Source of the DNA: Thermoplasmatales archaeon
GTDB lineage: Archaea; Thermoplasmatota; Thermoplasmata; Thermoplasmatales; GCA-001856825
NCBI GenBank assembly: GCA_027345195.1
Contig: DAHWIJ010000033.1
Coordinates: forward strand, 81,019-145,018
Length of the DNA: 64,000 nt
Reading direction: 5' to 3'
How positions within the stretch are numbered: position 1 is the stretch's first letter; each line of letters starts with the position of its first letter. Positions 27,279-36,620 of this stretch are shown piece after piece. The position numbers and the translations under genes are program-made. Under the pieces are notes generated by a model, which was given only the letters and a program-made list of their open reading frames with translations, was not told the origin of the DNA and made no database searches.

Positions 27279-28607
27279 ATGGCTAAATTGCCGATTTCTA
27301 AAAAAATTACCTACGGCATTGGTCAGCTTTCCTATAATACGCCTGCATTCTTCCTTTCGGCCTATATCTACATCTTCTACTCCCCCCTACAGGGCAGAGC
27401 TTTGCTTTCTGCCTATGTAGTAGGCATTTCTGTTTTCCTTGGAACTTTAGTCCAAGCACTTGCCAATCCATTTATCGGGAACTGGAGCGACAAGTCCACT
27501 TACAGGATGGGGAGGAGGAAATTCTTCCTACTGACTGGCTTTATTCCCCTTTCAATCTTTTTCGCCCTTATTTGGGCCCCGTTCACTACAGGCATAAGTC
27601 TTGCAATCCTGCTTACTTTCTACTTACTGGCTTACAACTTTTTGTTTGCATACGTCGTACTGCCATATCTTTCATTGATCCCTGAGCTTACTACTGACTC
27701 CCATGACAGGGTTGTTCTGACTACGATTTCTGCCTATTTTGGAATATTCGGGATAATCCTTGCATCCGTTCTTCCACTAATCCTCTTTATCTTGAAGTTC
27801 AGCTATACCTTTGTTGGTACCGTTATTGCCGTAATAATGCTAGCTTCTCTTCTCACGGTTATTGTAAGCATCAAGGAGAACCCAACAGGTCAGATTGTCC
27901 CGAAAAAATACTCAATAGCGATGGCATTCGTGCAGACGTTTAAGAACAAGACATTTGACAGGTACATAATTGCTTATCTTTTCTTTCAATTTGGTTTTTA
28001 CTTTTTCCTATCCTCACTGGGGTATTTCGTCGAGAGAATTGTCCTCCCGGGAAATCCAAGTTACAATAGTTATGTCGGTTTGTTTACGCTAGTCGCTGTA
28101 CTCGCTACCATAATTTTTTCACCTCTTATGGTGAGATTTTCAAGGAAAAATGGAGAAAAGAATGCATTTATCATATTCACAGCTCTCCTAGGGGTCGCAA
28201 TGATTCTCACGTTCTTCGTTGGATTCATACACGTAATAAGCAACCTACTCCAAATGGCCTTGATTATGGTATTCTCTGGACTGGGTCTCACATCCTATTT
28301 CATCCTACCAAATGCAATTGTTTCCGAGATAATCGATGAGGATGAGGTCCTGACGGGCTATAGGAGGGAGGGCATGTATTTTGGTGTCCAAGGACTGCTG
28401 GAGAGAATCCCGTCTGGTCTATCTGGGTTTGTGCTGGGGTTATGGATAACTTACATTTACGCGCCAACTGACAATCCATTGTACATAAGGGCTTTGGCTC
28501 TTATAGGGGGGGCATTTACCATCGCAACCGCAATAACATTCCTATTCGTTCCGTTAAAACAAGGTATAAAAGCAAAGGGGATGAGTGAGGCGGGAAGTGG
28601 CAGGTAA
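27279..28607 (+). CDS. MFS transporter, glycoside-pentoside-hexuronide (GPH) cation symporter-like
   Basis: 12 TM helices and a loop 2-3 motif GNWSDKSTYRMGRRKFF (GPH: G-x-l-S-D-r...G-r-r-r-p). Confidence 0.75.
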   Translation: MAKLPISKKITYGIGQLSYNTPAFFLSAYIYIFYSPLQGRALLSAYVVGISVFLGTLVQALANPFIGNWSDKSTYRMGRRKFFLLTGFIPLSIFFALIWAPFTTGISLAILLTFYLLAYNFLFAYVVLPYLSLIPELTTDSHDRVVLTTISAYFGIFGIILASVLPLILFILKFSYTFVGTVIAVIMLASLLTVIVSIKENPTGQIVPKKYSIAMAFVQTFKNKTFDRYIIAYLFFQFGFYFFLSSLGYFVERIVLPGNPSYNSYVGLFTLVAVLATIIFSPLMVRFSRKNGEKNAFIIFTALLGVAMILTFFVGFIHVISNLLQMALIMVFSGLGLTSYFILPNAIVSEIIDEDEVLTGYRREGMYFGVQGLLERIPSGLSGFVLGLWITYIYAPTDNPLYIRALALIGGAFTIATAITFLFVPLKQGIKAKGMSEAGSGR

Positions 28608-29511
28608 GGTAACCTACTTACAGGCACATTGCCATTCAAGATATTCAATCAATAGGCTGAGTGGAGAAGGTGTATTCAACAAGATCATTTGGCCTATAGA
28701 ACGGCAATTCTTGAGAATCTTGATGAGCAGTCCTGAGCATCTAAAAAAGTTAGCCGAAAAGAATGGTATAAGATTCGTGGCAGTGACAGATCATAACACC
28801 CTCCCCCCAATAGCTGAGGAAGATGATACCCTAATAGCAAGCGAGGAGTGGGGTCAGACAAAAGGTCACGCAAACTTCATCAGCTTAGGCAAACCAATCG
28901 ATCCGGAGTGCGGTTTCTTCAAAAATAAGGCCCCCGAAAACCCCAAAAATTTCTTTGAAGCGACCTCCGATGCTAAAAAACAGGGTGCTTTCGTTTCTAT
29001 AAACCATCCATTCAAGAGAGACGCATGGCTATGGGGAGACGAAAGTTACAATCTTGCCAATGCGCTAGAAATATGGAATGGTGAATGGAATGAAGAAAAT
29101 CTCAGAGCACTGCGGCTTTGGCAGGAGCTGCTGGTGAAAGGGTCAAGAATATGGTGCTTCTCCGGTAATGATTTCCACGTGAACCATCTCTACAAAATAA
29201 ATTCTCAGGTGATTGCTCTTATGAGTGCCACCAACAAGATTTCCCTTTTGGAAAACCTCAAGGATGGTAGATTTTCAATTGCAAGGGATGTCCATAGTCC
29301 AGTTGTATTTCTATTAGACAATTTATATTACAAAATCGAAAATTATACCGATAACCTTAATCTTCGAACTGTGTCAGCGACCCGTTCTTTAGAAGAAAGC
29401 AATCCAAATAATGAAGGTCGGATTGAAACTAGACCCGATGACAAATTTATCAGACTAGAGCTCTGGAAGGAGAATCTTCCGTTAAGCTTTACTAATCCGA
29501 TCTTTCTCTGA
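28585..29511 (+). CDS. PHP-superfamily (CehA/McbA-like) metallohydrolase
   Basis: QAHCHSRYS (HxH), VAVTDHNT, INHP, GNDFH - the PHP metal-ligand series. GTG start overlapping the MFS gene by 23 nt. Confidence 0.55.
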   Translation: MRREVAGKVTYLQAHCHSRYSINRLSGEGVFNKIIWPIERQFLRILMSSPEHLKKLAEKNGIRFVAVTDHNTLPPIAEEDDTLIASEEWGQTKGHANFISLGKPIDPECGFFKNKAPENPKNFFEATSDAKKQGAFVSINHPFKRDAWLWGDESYNLANALEIWNGEWNEENLRALRLWQELLVKGSRIWCFSGNDFHVNHLYKINSQVIALMSATNKISLLENLKDGRFSIARDVHSPVVFLLDNLYYKIENYTDNLNLRTVSATRSLEESNPNNEGRIETRPDDKFIRLELWKENLPLSFTNPIFL

Positions 29512-31089
29512 CCAATTTATCAGCGATTGTACGAGAAACGCAGAGGAGCCTGGAAAATGAATACCAGTCGCACATTTACCTGTCGTTTCATCTATTGTCT
29601 CACAACTGATCCCGCCATCCAACGGTATCCCTTTAATCAGAGACTGATCTGCATAACCTGATAAGATCTCCGTAGCGTATTCGTGCATCCACGGATGTCT
29701 GACGTGCCTGTTTCCGTAACCTCTAAACCTTCCCTCAATCCTGAAATAGTTCTTATCTGATTTGATCCAGTTGAGTGTATTTCTCATCACCTCCGAGTCT
29801 TTTTTTATGAAGCCTAAATAAGGGAGGAGCAGAAGAGAACCAGTGGGATCATCATAGAATTCGTAATTTCCATTCAGGTCAGACGAGTAACAGAACATGC
29901 CTTCTTTAACCATCTCTCTCATTGTATCCTCTCTAATCTTGTTAGAGTATTCCAGATAAGACCTGTCCAAAGTAGTTTCGCTAATTTTAGAACCGTACTT
30001 TCTGATCGAGTACCAAAGAGCAACATTGTCGAATGTTACATATGGGTAAGTTACAGGGTCATCGGAACTGTTGAGATAGGTACTAAAAAGATTGAATCTG
30101 TCGCTCTTTCTCGCTACCAGAATGTCCATTAGTTCATTCGCTAATACAATGGACCTTTCTGGATCTATGATTTTATAATGTACCGCCCTCTCCAAGATTA
30201 GGAAGTAAAAAGACAGCTCATCTAGCTCAAACCCATCATATAGAATCCTCCCGTCCAGATAAAGAGCGTGTATGCCTTTATTTTTCCAGTACTTGTTTAG
30301 CAGAAGACTTATCAGTTCCTTTCCCCTGTTATTATCATATTTCTCGATAACAGGAAGAGTCCAGAAAATGAAGTCCCTTGCCCAGAATCCTCCTGAAACG
30401 TAATATTTAGGGCTTTTGGATGCCATTATACAGTTATCCTCTTGATCAATGCAAATTGAGTTCGAGTAAAACAGTGAAACAAATATATTGTCTCTTAAGA
30501 GCTTCCATTCTGTCTCTTCAAACCTACTTAGAAATTTTTCTGTTTCCGTTTGCAGGCTTTGCTCCCCCAACCTGGCGAGGTGTATACTGTTCAATATCGC
30601 TCGATCTGGTGTGTCTCCGATTCCGATAAAACAACCGTTGTCGGTTTCCTTGAAGGCAATTGAAGGAAGATGCTTTCCCACGGATGCATAATATGCAGGT
30701 AAATCTGACCAATTCGTTCGCAAGATTTCTACGTGTCTTTGGATTTCCCAGAATATTTTGGAATAGGCCTCCACCTTTAATCCCTTACTGATACGTTTCC
30801 CAGCGTAAAAGCCAGGTTTTCGAGGTGGTATAACGATTTTTACGTCCTTCTCCTTTGATGATAGACCTATCCATCCTTCGCCGCTGAAGTCTTCTTCAGA
30901 CAAAAAGTTGTTTATCTTAAAACATACGAGACATGATTCCGAGCAGAGTGGAAAGCAGACTTCTAAGACATTCCTCCTTATTAATATGGAAAGGAAATAA
31001 TTCCCAGAAATTCTATAATTCTGCTCTCTAACTTCTTTTGGGGAAGTTATTAATAACCCTTTGTTCGTTGTACCAAGGTCAGATTTCAA
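29482..31089 (-). CDS. GH125-like (DUF1237, alpha/alpha-6 barrel; candidate exo-alpha-1,6-mannosidase) with N-terminal extension
   Basis: SGGFWARDFIFW, FELDELSFYF, SSDDPVTYPYVTFDNVALW and DDPTGSLLLLPYLGF resemble, from memory, the GH125 blocks TGDIxAMWLRDS, YE(l/i)DSL, SDDxxxYP(f/y) and DDANxPSLLSLPYLG. About 130 extra N-terminal residues include CFPLCSESCLVC. Confidence 0.45.
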   Translation of the reverse strand: MKSDLGTTNKGLLITSPKEVREQNYRISGNYFLSILIRRNVLEVCFPLCSESCLVCFKINNFLSEEDFSGEGWIGLSSKEKDVKIVIPPRKPGFYAGKRISKGLKVEAYSKIFWEIQRHVEILRTNWSDLPAYYASVGKHLPSIAFKETDNGCFIGIGDTPDRAILNSIHLARLGEQSLQTETEKFLSRFEETEWKLLRDNIFVSLFYSNSICIDQEDNCIMASKSPKYYVSGGFWARDFIFWTLPVIEKYDNNRGKELISLLLNKYWKNKGIHALYLDGRILYDGFELDELSFYFLILERAVHYKIIDPERSIVLANELMDILVARKSDRFNLFSTYLNSSDDPVTYPYVTFDNVALWYSIRKYGSKISETTLDRSYLEYSNKIREDTMREMVKEGMFCYSSDLNGNYEFYDDPTGSLLLLPYLGFIKKDSEVMRNTLNWIKSDKNYFRIEGRFRGYGNRHVRHPWMHEYATEILSGYADQSLIKGIPLDGGISCETIDETTGKCATGIHFPGSSAFLVQSLINWSEKDRISKA

Positions 31090-32080
31090 GCTCTACAACA
31101 CCTTCGTCAAATGCCAATTCTCTGTCAATAACGGTGCTCCTTTCTACATACTCGGTCGGATCGAATTCCTCTATGCCTAAAATCGAATGGAAGCCGGTAG
31201 AAGGCTGATTTCCGATATATGACATTTTGGTATCTCCCATTTCTGCTTTCTTTGTTATGCTTGATTGGCCCTCAAACCTGATTTCCATCAAATTTCCTAC
31301 CATCATTGGATTGATTACATTCTTGACCCGCTCAATTCTCTGATTGATATAGTACGCTGAATCCATCCATTCTTCTGGCTGCCATCTTCCATTACTAAGG
31401 ATTGAATTCCACTTTCCTGGGTTTGCATCTGGCTGAATTATTATCTCAGCCTTTTCAAGCCTCGAAATATATTGTGGAGTAAAGGCATCCATACTTATAG
31501 CTATACCAATTTTCCTTCCTTCGATTTCAAAAGTTGAAACATCCGAGATATTTCCAGGAGAAATTCCCAAGTTAATTTCCATGGGAGTCAAAAAAACCTT
31601 ATCTTGACGGAAAATGAGCTTACCAGAGGGATTAAAGACGAAAGCACTGTTGTTCACCTTAAAACTGTCTGGCTCCCATTGTTTTTCTCCCTTTCTAAAT
31701 CTGGACATGTTGTTGCACGCAACGGTGTATACCCCATACTTTGCTGATAGGGACGAGAACGTGTCATAAAAGTAATTCACGAATCTATCAGTAAGGGAAA
31801 GAAAGATTGCAGACACAAAATTTTCAATTTCATTATTTTTAGCAATTGCATCTATTCTCTCCTGGTCTTTAGAATAGAGAAGTTGGATGGCCTCCGAAGT
31901 GGTGCTTGCTCTTATTCCAAAAAATGCAACTAGAAGACCTACGTCTTCTGGGAATATCAAAGTGTCTCCCTTGTTACACTTCCTATAGAATTTCTCGACG
32001 TGTGAGCGGAAGTTACCAGTAAAGTCGCTTTCTTCAATTTTGAACTGCACGCCAAGAAATCTCATAGGGATTGTATCCAT
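31079..32080 (-). CDS. carbon-nitrogen hydrolase (nitrilase superfamily)-like protein with Ser at the nucleophile position
   Basis: LIFPED (catalytic Glu block), RQDKVFL (Lys block), and IGIAISMDAF where the family normally has G-x-x-I-C-x-D. 11-nt overlap with the downstream GH125-like gene. Confidence 0.45.
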   Translation of the reverse strand: MDTIPMRFLGVQFKIEESDFTGNFRSHVEKFYRKCNKGDTLIFPEDVGLLVAFFGIRASTTSEAIQLLYSKDQERIDAIAKNNEIENFVSAIFLSLTDRFVNYFYDTFSSLSAKYGVYTVACNNMSRFRKGEKQWEPDSFKVNNSAFVFNPSGKLIFRQDKVFLTPMEINLGISPGNISDVSTFEIEGRKIGIAISMDAFTPQYISRLEKAEIIIQPDANPGKWNSILSNGRWQPEEWMDSAYYINQRIERVKNVINPMMVGNLMEIRFEGQSSITKKAEMGDTKMSYIGNQPSTGFHSILGIEEFDPTEYVERSTVIDRELAFDEGVVELEI

Positions 32081-32117
32081 AAGCGTCTAAAAATCTTTCT
32101 TTTTCATTGTGGATGGG

Positions 32118-32127
32118 TATATAAAAT
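32118..32127 (+). promoter_or_regulatory. TATA box upstream of the sugar-kinase-like gene
   Basis: tatataaaat lies 36-45 nt upstream of the ATG at 32163. Confidence 0.35.
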
Positions 32128-32162
32128 TAAAGAGATGGAATGGATTATCTCAAGGGATTCTT

Positions 32163-33185
32163 ATGATTATAGCCGTTGATGGAGGTGCAACAAAAACTCT
32201 TGGCCTAGTTTTCGACCCAAATGATCTGAAAGTCAAAGGATTAGGGCTTGCCGGCCCAACCAACCTTACTACGGTTTCCAAGAGGGAAATAGTTTCAAAT
32301 TTGGAAAAAGTCATACTTGAATCTTGCCAGAGCGCGCGCATTGATGTTGGAGAATTGGAGAGAGGCCTCTTTGGTATAGCAGGAGTCGGAGATTCAGAAA
32401 AAACCACAAGATTTGGTAAAGAGACCGTCTCAAGACTAACTGGGAGACACGATTTCCAGGTGATTAATGATGGCCTCCCAGCCTATGTAATGGCCAATCT
32501 TTATAATGACGGAGTTGTGTTTGCAGCCGGAACAGGAAGTGTCTGTTTCTTCAAAAGGGGGAAGAGAATAGAGAGGAAAGGTGGCTGGGGTTGGTTTTCA
32601 GGTGATGATGGATCGGCTTCCTGGATCGCCAAGAGGGGACTTAACTTAGCAACTAAGGAATTCGATGGCATACTTAAACAGAGACTTCTTTCCAAAGAGG
32701 TTGAGGACTATTTTAATTGCGGATTCAGGGATGCCATATCTCTTGCTGAGACGAAGACTGACAAGAGATTCATTTCAGGGTTTGCCCCAAGCGTCACAAA
32801 ATTGGCATCTCATGGATACCTGCCAGCTATTTCTATAATGGAGGAGTCCGCCGAATATGTTTCATCTTTAATAAATTCTTTAGTCTCGAAATTTTCTGGA
32901 TCTCCGAGAATTTCAATAGTTGGTGGAACAATGATGGCAGGGAATTTCTATATAGATATGATAAGAAAAAAAATTGGTCACAAATTGAACATTTACTACG
33001 GATATCAGGTTGCTTCAGGAGGATTGCTGCATCTCATGAACGAGATGGGGCACAGACCAACTTTTGAATTGCGGGATTCGATTCTCGCGCAAATCGATGA
33101 ATTGCTGTACAGGAAAAGCAAGAGAGAGATTAGACTGTTCTTGAATTTCGACAAGGAATGGAAAACTCTGCATACCGGGTTATGA
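32163..33185 (+). CDS. BadF/BadG/BcrA/BcrD-type ATPase, N-acetylglucosamine/glucosamine kinase-like
   Basis: MIIAVDGGATKT (phosphate-1), AAGTGSV, GWGWFSGDDGSA. The listed ORF begins at a GTG (32109) inside the TATA box, so the ATG at 32163 is preferred. Confidence 0.7.
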   Translation: MIIAVDGGATKTLGLVFDPNDLKVKGLGLAGPTNLTTVSKREIVSNLEKVILESCQSARIDVGELERGLFGIAGVGDSEKTTRFGKETVSRLTGRHDFQVINDGLPAYVMANLYNDGVVFAAGTGSVCFFKRGKRIERKGGWGWFSGDDGSASWIAKRGLNLATKEFDGILKQRLLSKEVEDYFNCGFRDAISLAETKTDKRFISGFAPSVTKLASHGYLPAISIMEESAEYVSSLINSLVSKFSGSPRISIVGGTMMAGNFYIDMIRKKIGHKLNIYYGYQVASGGLLHLMNEMGHRPTFELRDSILAQIDELLYRKSKREIRLFLNFDKEWKTLHTGL

Positions 33186-33216
33186 GTTGAGCTTTGCTTA
33201 CCCTTATAAGGTAAGG

Positions 33217-34191
33217 CTAATAGACCACCTTAGATAACCTGGAAGGCTTGTCGGGATTATAACCTAGCCTTGTGGCATTGAAGTATGAAAGCAACTGGAA
33301 AAATACAAGCATAATTATAGAGCTGCTCACCTCATCATGCATGTCCAGGAGATACTTCTTCTCCAGAAATTCCGTTACATCAACCACCTGACCTGAATAT
33401 TCCCTTATACTCTTTTCCACTTCCCGGTCTGAATTTAACATGAACACTGCACAGTTCTTGCCAAGCATCTGTTTCGGGCCGTGAAGGAATTCTCTTGTCG
33501 GGTAAGCGACAGACAGGGAGCCACTCGTTTCAGTAAGTTTAAGTGACGATTCTAGGGCAATTGGATATAGGAGCCCAGATCCGAGAAAGATAGAGTTAGA
33601 ATATTGATTGGAAACAACTTCTATGACGAAATCAGGTCTCTCTATAATTGAGTCAACACCTTTCTCGGCTTTTATCAGGGAGCTTGTTAGTTTGTCTCTT
33701 TGCGAATGATATGATATGAATAATGAAGTAAGGAGTTGGGCAAGGTGGGATTTCGTTGCAGGTATGGATTTTTCCTCCCCGACGTTCGTGAGAATAGTGA
33801 CATCCGAAGCTAATTCTAGTTTTGAATCTGGAGTATTTGTTATCGCAACAACCCTTGATTTGAGGGACCTAATGTACTCTGCAGCCCTAATGGCATCTAC
33901 GCTATTGCCTGACTGGCTGAATATCACCGCTGTCTCATTCACCCCCCTTCCTTTTATCATCAATCTTGCTTCACTTGCAAATATAGGGATTGAATTTAAC
34001 CCATTCCTGTTGAGGAGAATTGATAGATAGACCGCAGCGTTATAGCTCGATCCGCTCCCTAGTGAGTAGATAACGCCTGACTCATTTAAAATATTCAAAA
34101 CGGATTCCTTTACAATAAAGTCCCTTGTCCTATATTGTTCCAATATTGATGGTTCTTCATAAATTTCATCCAGCATAAGAGACATATACAC
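33217..34191 (-). CDS. double-SIS-domain sugar-phosphate isomerase/deaminase (GlmS C-terminal-like; GlcN-6-P deaminase candidate)
   Basis: LGSGSSYNAAVY and IFSQSGNSVD (SIS motifs), then a second SIS repeat FLGSGLLYPIALESSLKL. No glutaminase domain. Confidence 0.8.
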   Translation of the reverse strand: MYMSLMLDEIYEEPSILEQYRTRDFIVKESVLNILNESGVIYSLGSGSSYNAAVYLSILLNRNGLNSIPIFASEARLMIKGRGVNETAVIFSQSGNSVDAIRAAEYIRSLKSRVVAITNTPDSKLELASDVTILTNVGEEKSIPATKSHLAQLLTSLFISYHSQRDKLTSSLIKAEKGVDSIIERPDFVIEVVSNQYSNSIFLGSGLLYPIALESSLKLTETSGSLSVAYPTREFLHGPKQMLGKNCAVFMLNSDREVEKSIREYSGQVVDVTEFLEKKYLLDMHDEVSSSIIMLVFFQLLSYFNATRLGYNPDKPSRLSKVVY

Positions 34192-34266
34192 TCGACCTCC
34201 CCTTCAAATAAATTCTTTTTCTTGACGCTATAGAACTGTGAAATCTTAATTTGTTCGGTTCTTTTT

Positions 34267-35709
34267 TCATTTCCTCTTTCGCTCCACCGGCTGACCCTTG
34301 CATATCCTTTCATATATTTCCGCTGACTTCCTCTTCTCTCTCCTTTTTGTCTCGTAGTCCACCTCATATAATCCGAATCTCATTGAGAATCCCTTTGCCC
34401 ATTCAAAATTGTCAAGGAGGGACCAGTGGAAGTATCCCTTCACTGGAATCTTATCAATCAAGATTGCTTTAGATAGCTCAGTCAGGTGATCGATTATGAA
34501 ATCGCCTCTTTTTTCGTCCCTGGAATCTGCTATCCCATTCTCGAGGATGTATATTACTCTCCCGTATTTTTCATAGATCCATTTCAGAACATGTCTCATT
34601 CCCGGAGCAAAAATGTCCCACTGAAAATCACTACAATTATCACATGGCAAAATTCTCATGGGAAGCGCGCCCGCGTATCTTCCTTCTTGAAAATACTCGA
34701 CTCTCAATCTTGAGTAATAGTCAATTCCTACATAGTCGGCTCCACCGAAGTTTGGAATTTTCTCATCTGGCTCCCCCGAGAGATTATTGTCAAATTTTCC
34801 TTCCACAGCAGCGTTCAGTATCCATTCGTTGTTTAGATACCTAGCAGTGTTGGCAATCTCCAGATCTCGTGGGTCTTGGCTTTTTGGTTCAAAGTAAGGA
34901 GGTGCGGTTCCGATCCCTGTTTCCCTTCCTGTATTGCTTTTCAAAATTTTGTATGCGAGGTTATGTGCGAAGGCTAAGTTCCTTTCTACCTTGAACCCCA
35001 ACGGAACATCTTCAAGCCCTGGCGGGAATCCCGATGAGGGGCCAAAGATATACCCATTAGTCGCAATAACTTCAGGCTCATTTATCGTTTCCCAGCAGTC
35101 TACCTTCCTGCCTAACGTTTGAGAAATGAAGTATGAGTACTTAGCAAATTCCTCCACAGTTCTGATGTCTAGCCATCCCTTTTCTTCGGTATTTTCAGTA
35201 TCCATATGGCATTTGTCTGGCCTATGAAGCCATAGAGGAAGCGGCCAGTGGTATAGTGTCATGAAGACTTTCAATCCCATAGAATGGGCATAATCTATCA
35301 TTTTTCCGTAGTGCTCCAGGGCATCCTTGTCAGCAAGCGATTTGAGCTGCCTCAAAGAATTGGGAGATTGCTCGAAACGTAAAGGTTCGCCCTTCTCATT
35401 TCTAATGAAATTTCCGTCAGATGAGAATGTTGGTTCTTTGAAAATTCTTCCCCATTCTATGCTCATTCTAATGGCGTTGGTTCCTAGAGACCTAGCGCGG
35501 CGCATGTCTTCCTCATAAAGGTCCCAGAATCCGTCTCCATTCTGTGGCTTATCCCCAGACACCAAGCCTTCCCGGGCAATTTCCTCGCTGTTAGCCCATA
35601 GGTACCAGTCTGTTCCCTCACAGACAGAATCTTCGGAAATTCCCATTTCTGTTTGAAAGGCTGATAAGGCAGTCCCCCAAATGAATCCGTCGGGAAACTT
35701 GAGTTGCAT
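34267..35709 (-). CDS. GH1 beta-glycosidase (beta-glucosidase/galactosidase, LacS-like)
   Basis: FPDGFIWGTALSAFQTE, TLYHWPLPLWL, TINEPEV (acid/base Glu), YILENGIAD (nucleophile Glu), HWSLLDNFEW. Confidence 0.9.
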   Translation of the reverse strand: MQLKFPDGFIWGTALSAFQTEMGISEDSVCEGTDWYLWANSEEIAREGLVSGDKPQNGDGFWDLYEEDMRRARSLGTNAIRMSIEWGRIFKEPTFSSDGNFIRNEKGEPLRFEQSPNSLRQLKSLADKDALEHYGKMIDYAHSMGLKVFMTLYHWPLPLWLHRPDKCHMDTENTEEKGWLDIRTVEEFAKYSYFISQTLGRKVDCWETINEPEVIATNGYIFGPSSGFPPGLEDVPLGFKVERNLAFAHNLAYKILKSNTGRETGIGTAPPYFEPKSQDPRDLEIANTARYLNNEWILNAAVEGKFDNNLSGEPDEKIPNFGGADYVGIDYYSRLRVEYFQEGRYAGALPMRILPCDNCSDFQWDIFAPGMRHVLKWIYEKYGRVIYILENGIADSRDEKRGDFIIDHLTELSKAILIDKIPVKGYFHWSLLDNFEWAKGFSMRFGLYEVDYETKRREKRKSAEIYERICKGQPVERKRK

Positions 35710-35799
35710 GCTGGCTTATTTGTTCTGATAATATGAAGTTGCTTCCCCGTAGTGGTCACACTATATTTCCCATGGAAATGAATCGAACCAAAATCTTAA

Positions 35800-36576
35800 A
35801 TGAAGTTAACATTACCAACTAGTATGGATTTTTCGGAATTCCTGGAGGGGATTGAGCTCAACCAGCTCCGCAGAGACGTCCTTTTGAAATCCAAGAGGAT
35901 TATCTCGTTTGCACCTCATCCCGATGACAATGAACTAATCGCAGGTGGCTTCATATATCGAAAAATTAGAGAAGGAGCATCGTTTCTACTAGTTGTCGTA
36001 AGTGATGGAGGGAAAGGTAGCAGAACTGTGGACGAAAGGAAACTGATAAGGATAAGAAAGAAAGAACAGAAAGATGCATTAGCAATCCTGGGTTCAAAAA
36101 ATGTTAAGTTTCTCGGCTATAAAGATTCTGAAGTCCCTCTCCCGTCTCTTCTGAGGGGGGACATAATAAAAATCCTTCGAGATTTCAAGCCTGATCTCGT
36201 AATAACGGTCGATCCTTTCCTCCCGTATGAAGTACACCCTGACCACGTTAATACTGGTCTTGCCGTGCTGCAAGCAGTTCTCTTTTCTGAATTCCCGAAT
36301 ATTGGGGAGGGAAAACCAGTTAACAGACCAAACGTAGCTCTTGGCTTTACCTTCAACCCTAACGTGATTCTTGACTGCTCAGAAAATATGGATAAAAAAA
36401 TTGAATCGTTAAAATGTCACAATTCGCAATTCCCACACGATTCTTCATTGGAGACTCTTAAAGCAGTTTCAGCCCTTTATGGGAACAGAATAGGTGTTGG
36501 ATACGGGGAACCATTCAGGGTCCTAATGCCCAATGAGTTGCACATAAACGTTCTTGGGGGAATGATTCCTCGGTGA
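35800..36576 (+). CDS. PIG-L/LmbE-family N-acetylglucosaminyl deacetylase
   Basis: SFAPHPDDNELIAGG and VHPDHVNTG zinc-ligand motifs. Confidence 0.8.
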   Translation: MKLTLPTSMDFSEFLEGIELNQLRRDVLLKSKRIISFAPHPDDNELIAGGFIYRKIREGASFLLVVVSDGGKGSRTVDERKLIRIRKKEQKDALAILGSKNVKFLGYKDSEVPLPSLLRGDIIKILRDFKPDLVITVDPFLPYEVHPDHVNTGLAVLQAVLFSEFPNIGEGKPVNRPNVALGFTFNPNVILDCSENMDKKIESLKCHNSQFPHDSSLETLKAVSALYGNRIGVGYGEPFRVLMPNELHINVLGGMIPR

Positions 36577-36620
36577 CTTATTAGCTAGTCACGAGGTTGT
36601 ATCATAGAGGTCATTCATCG

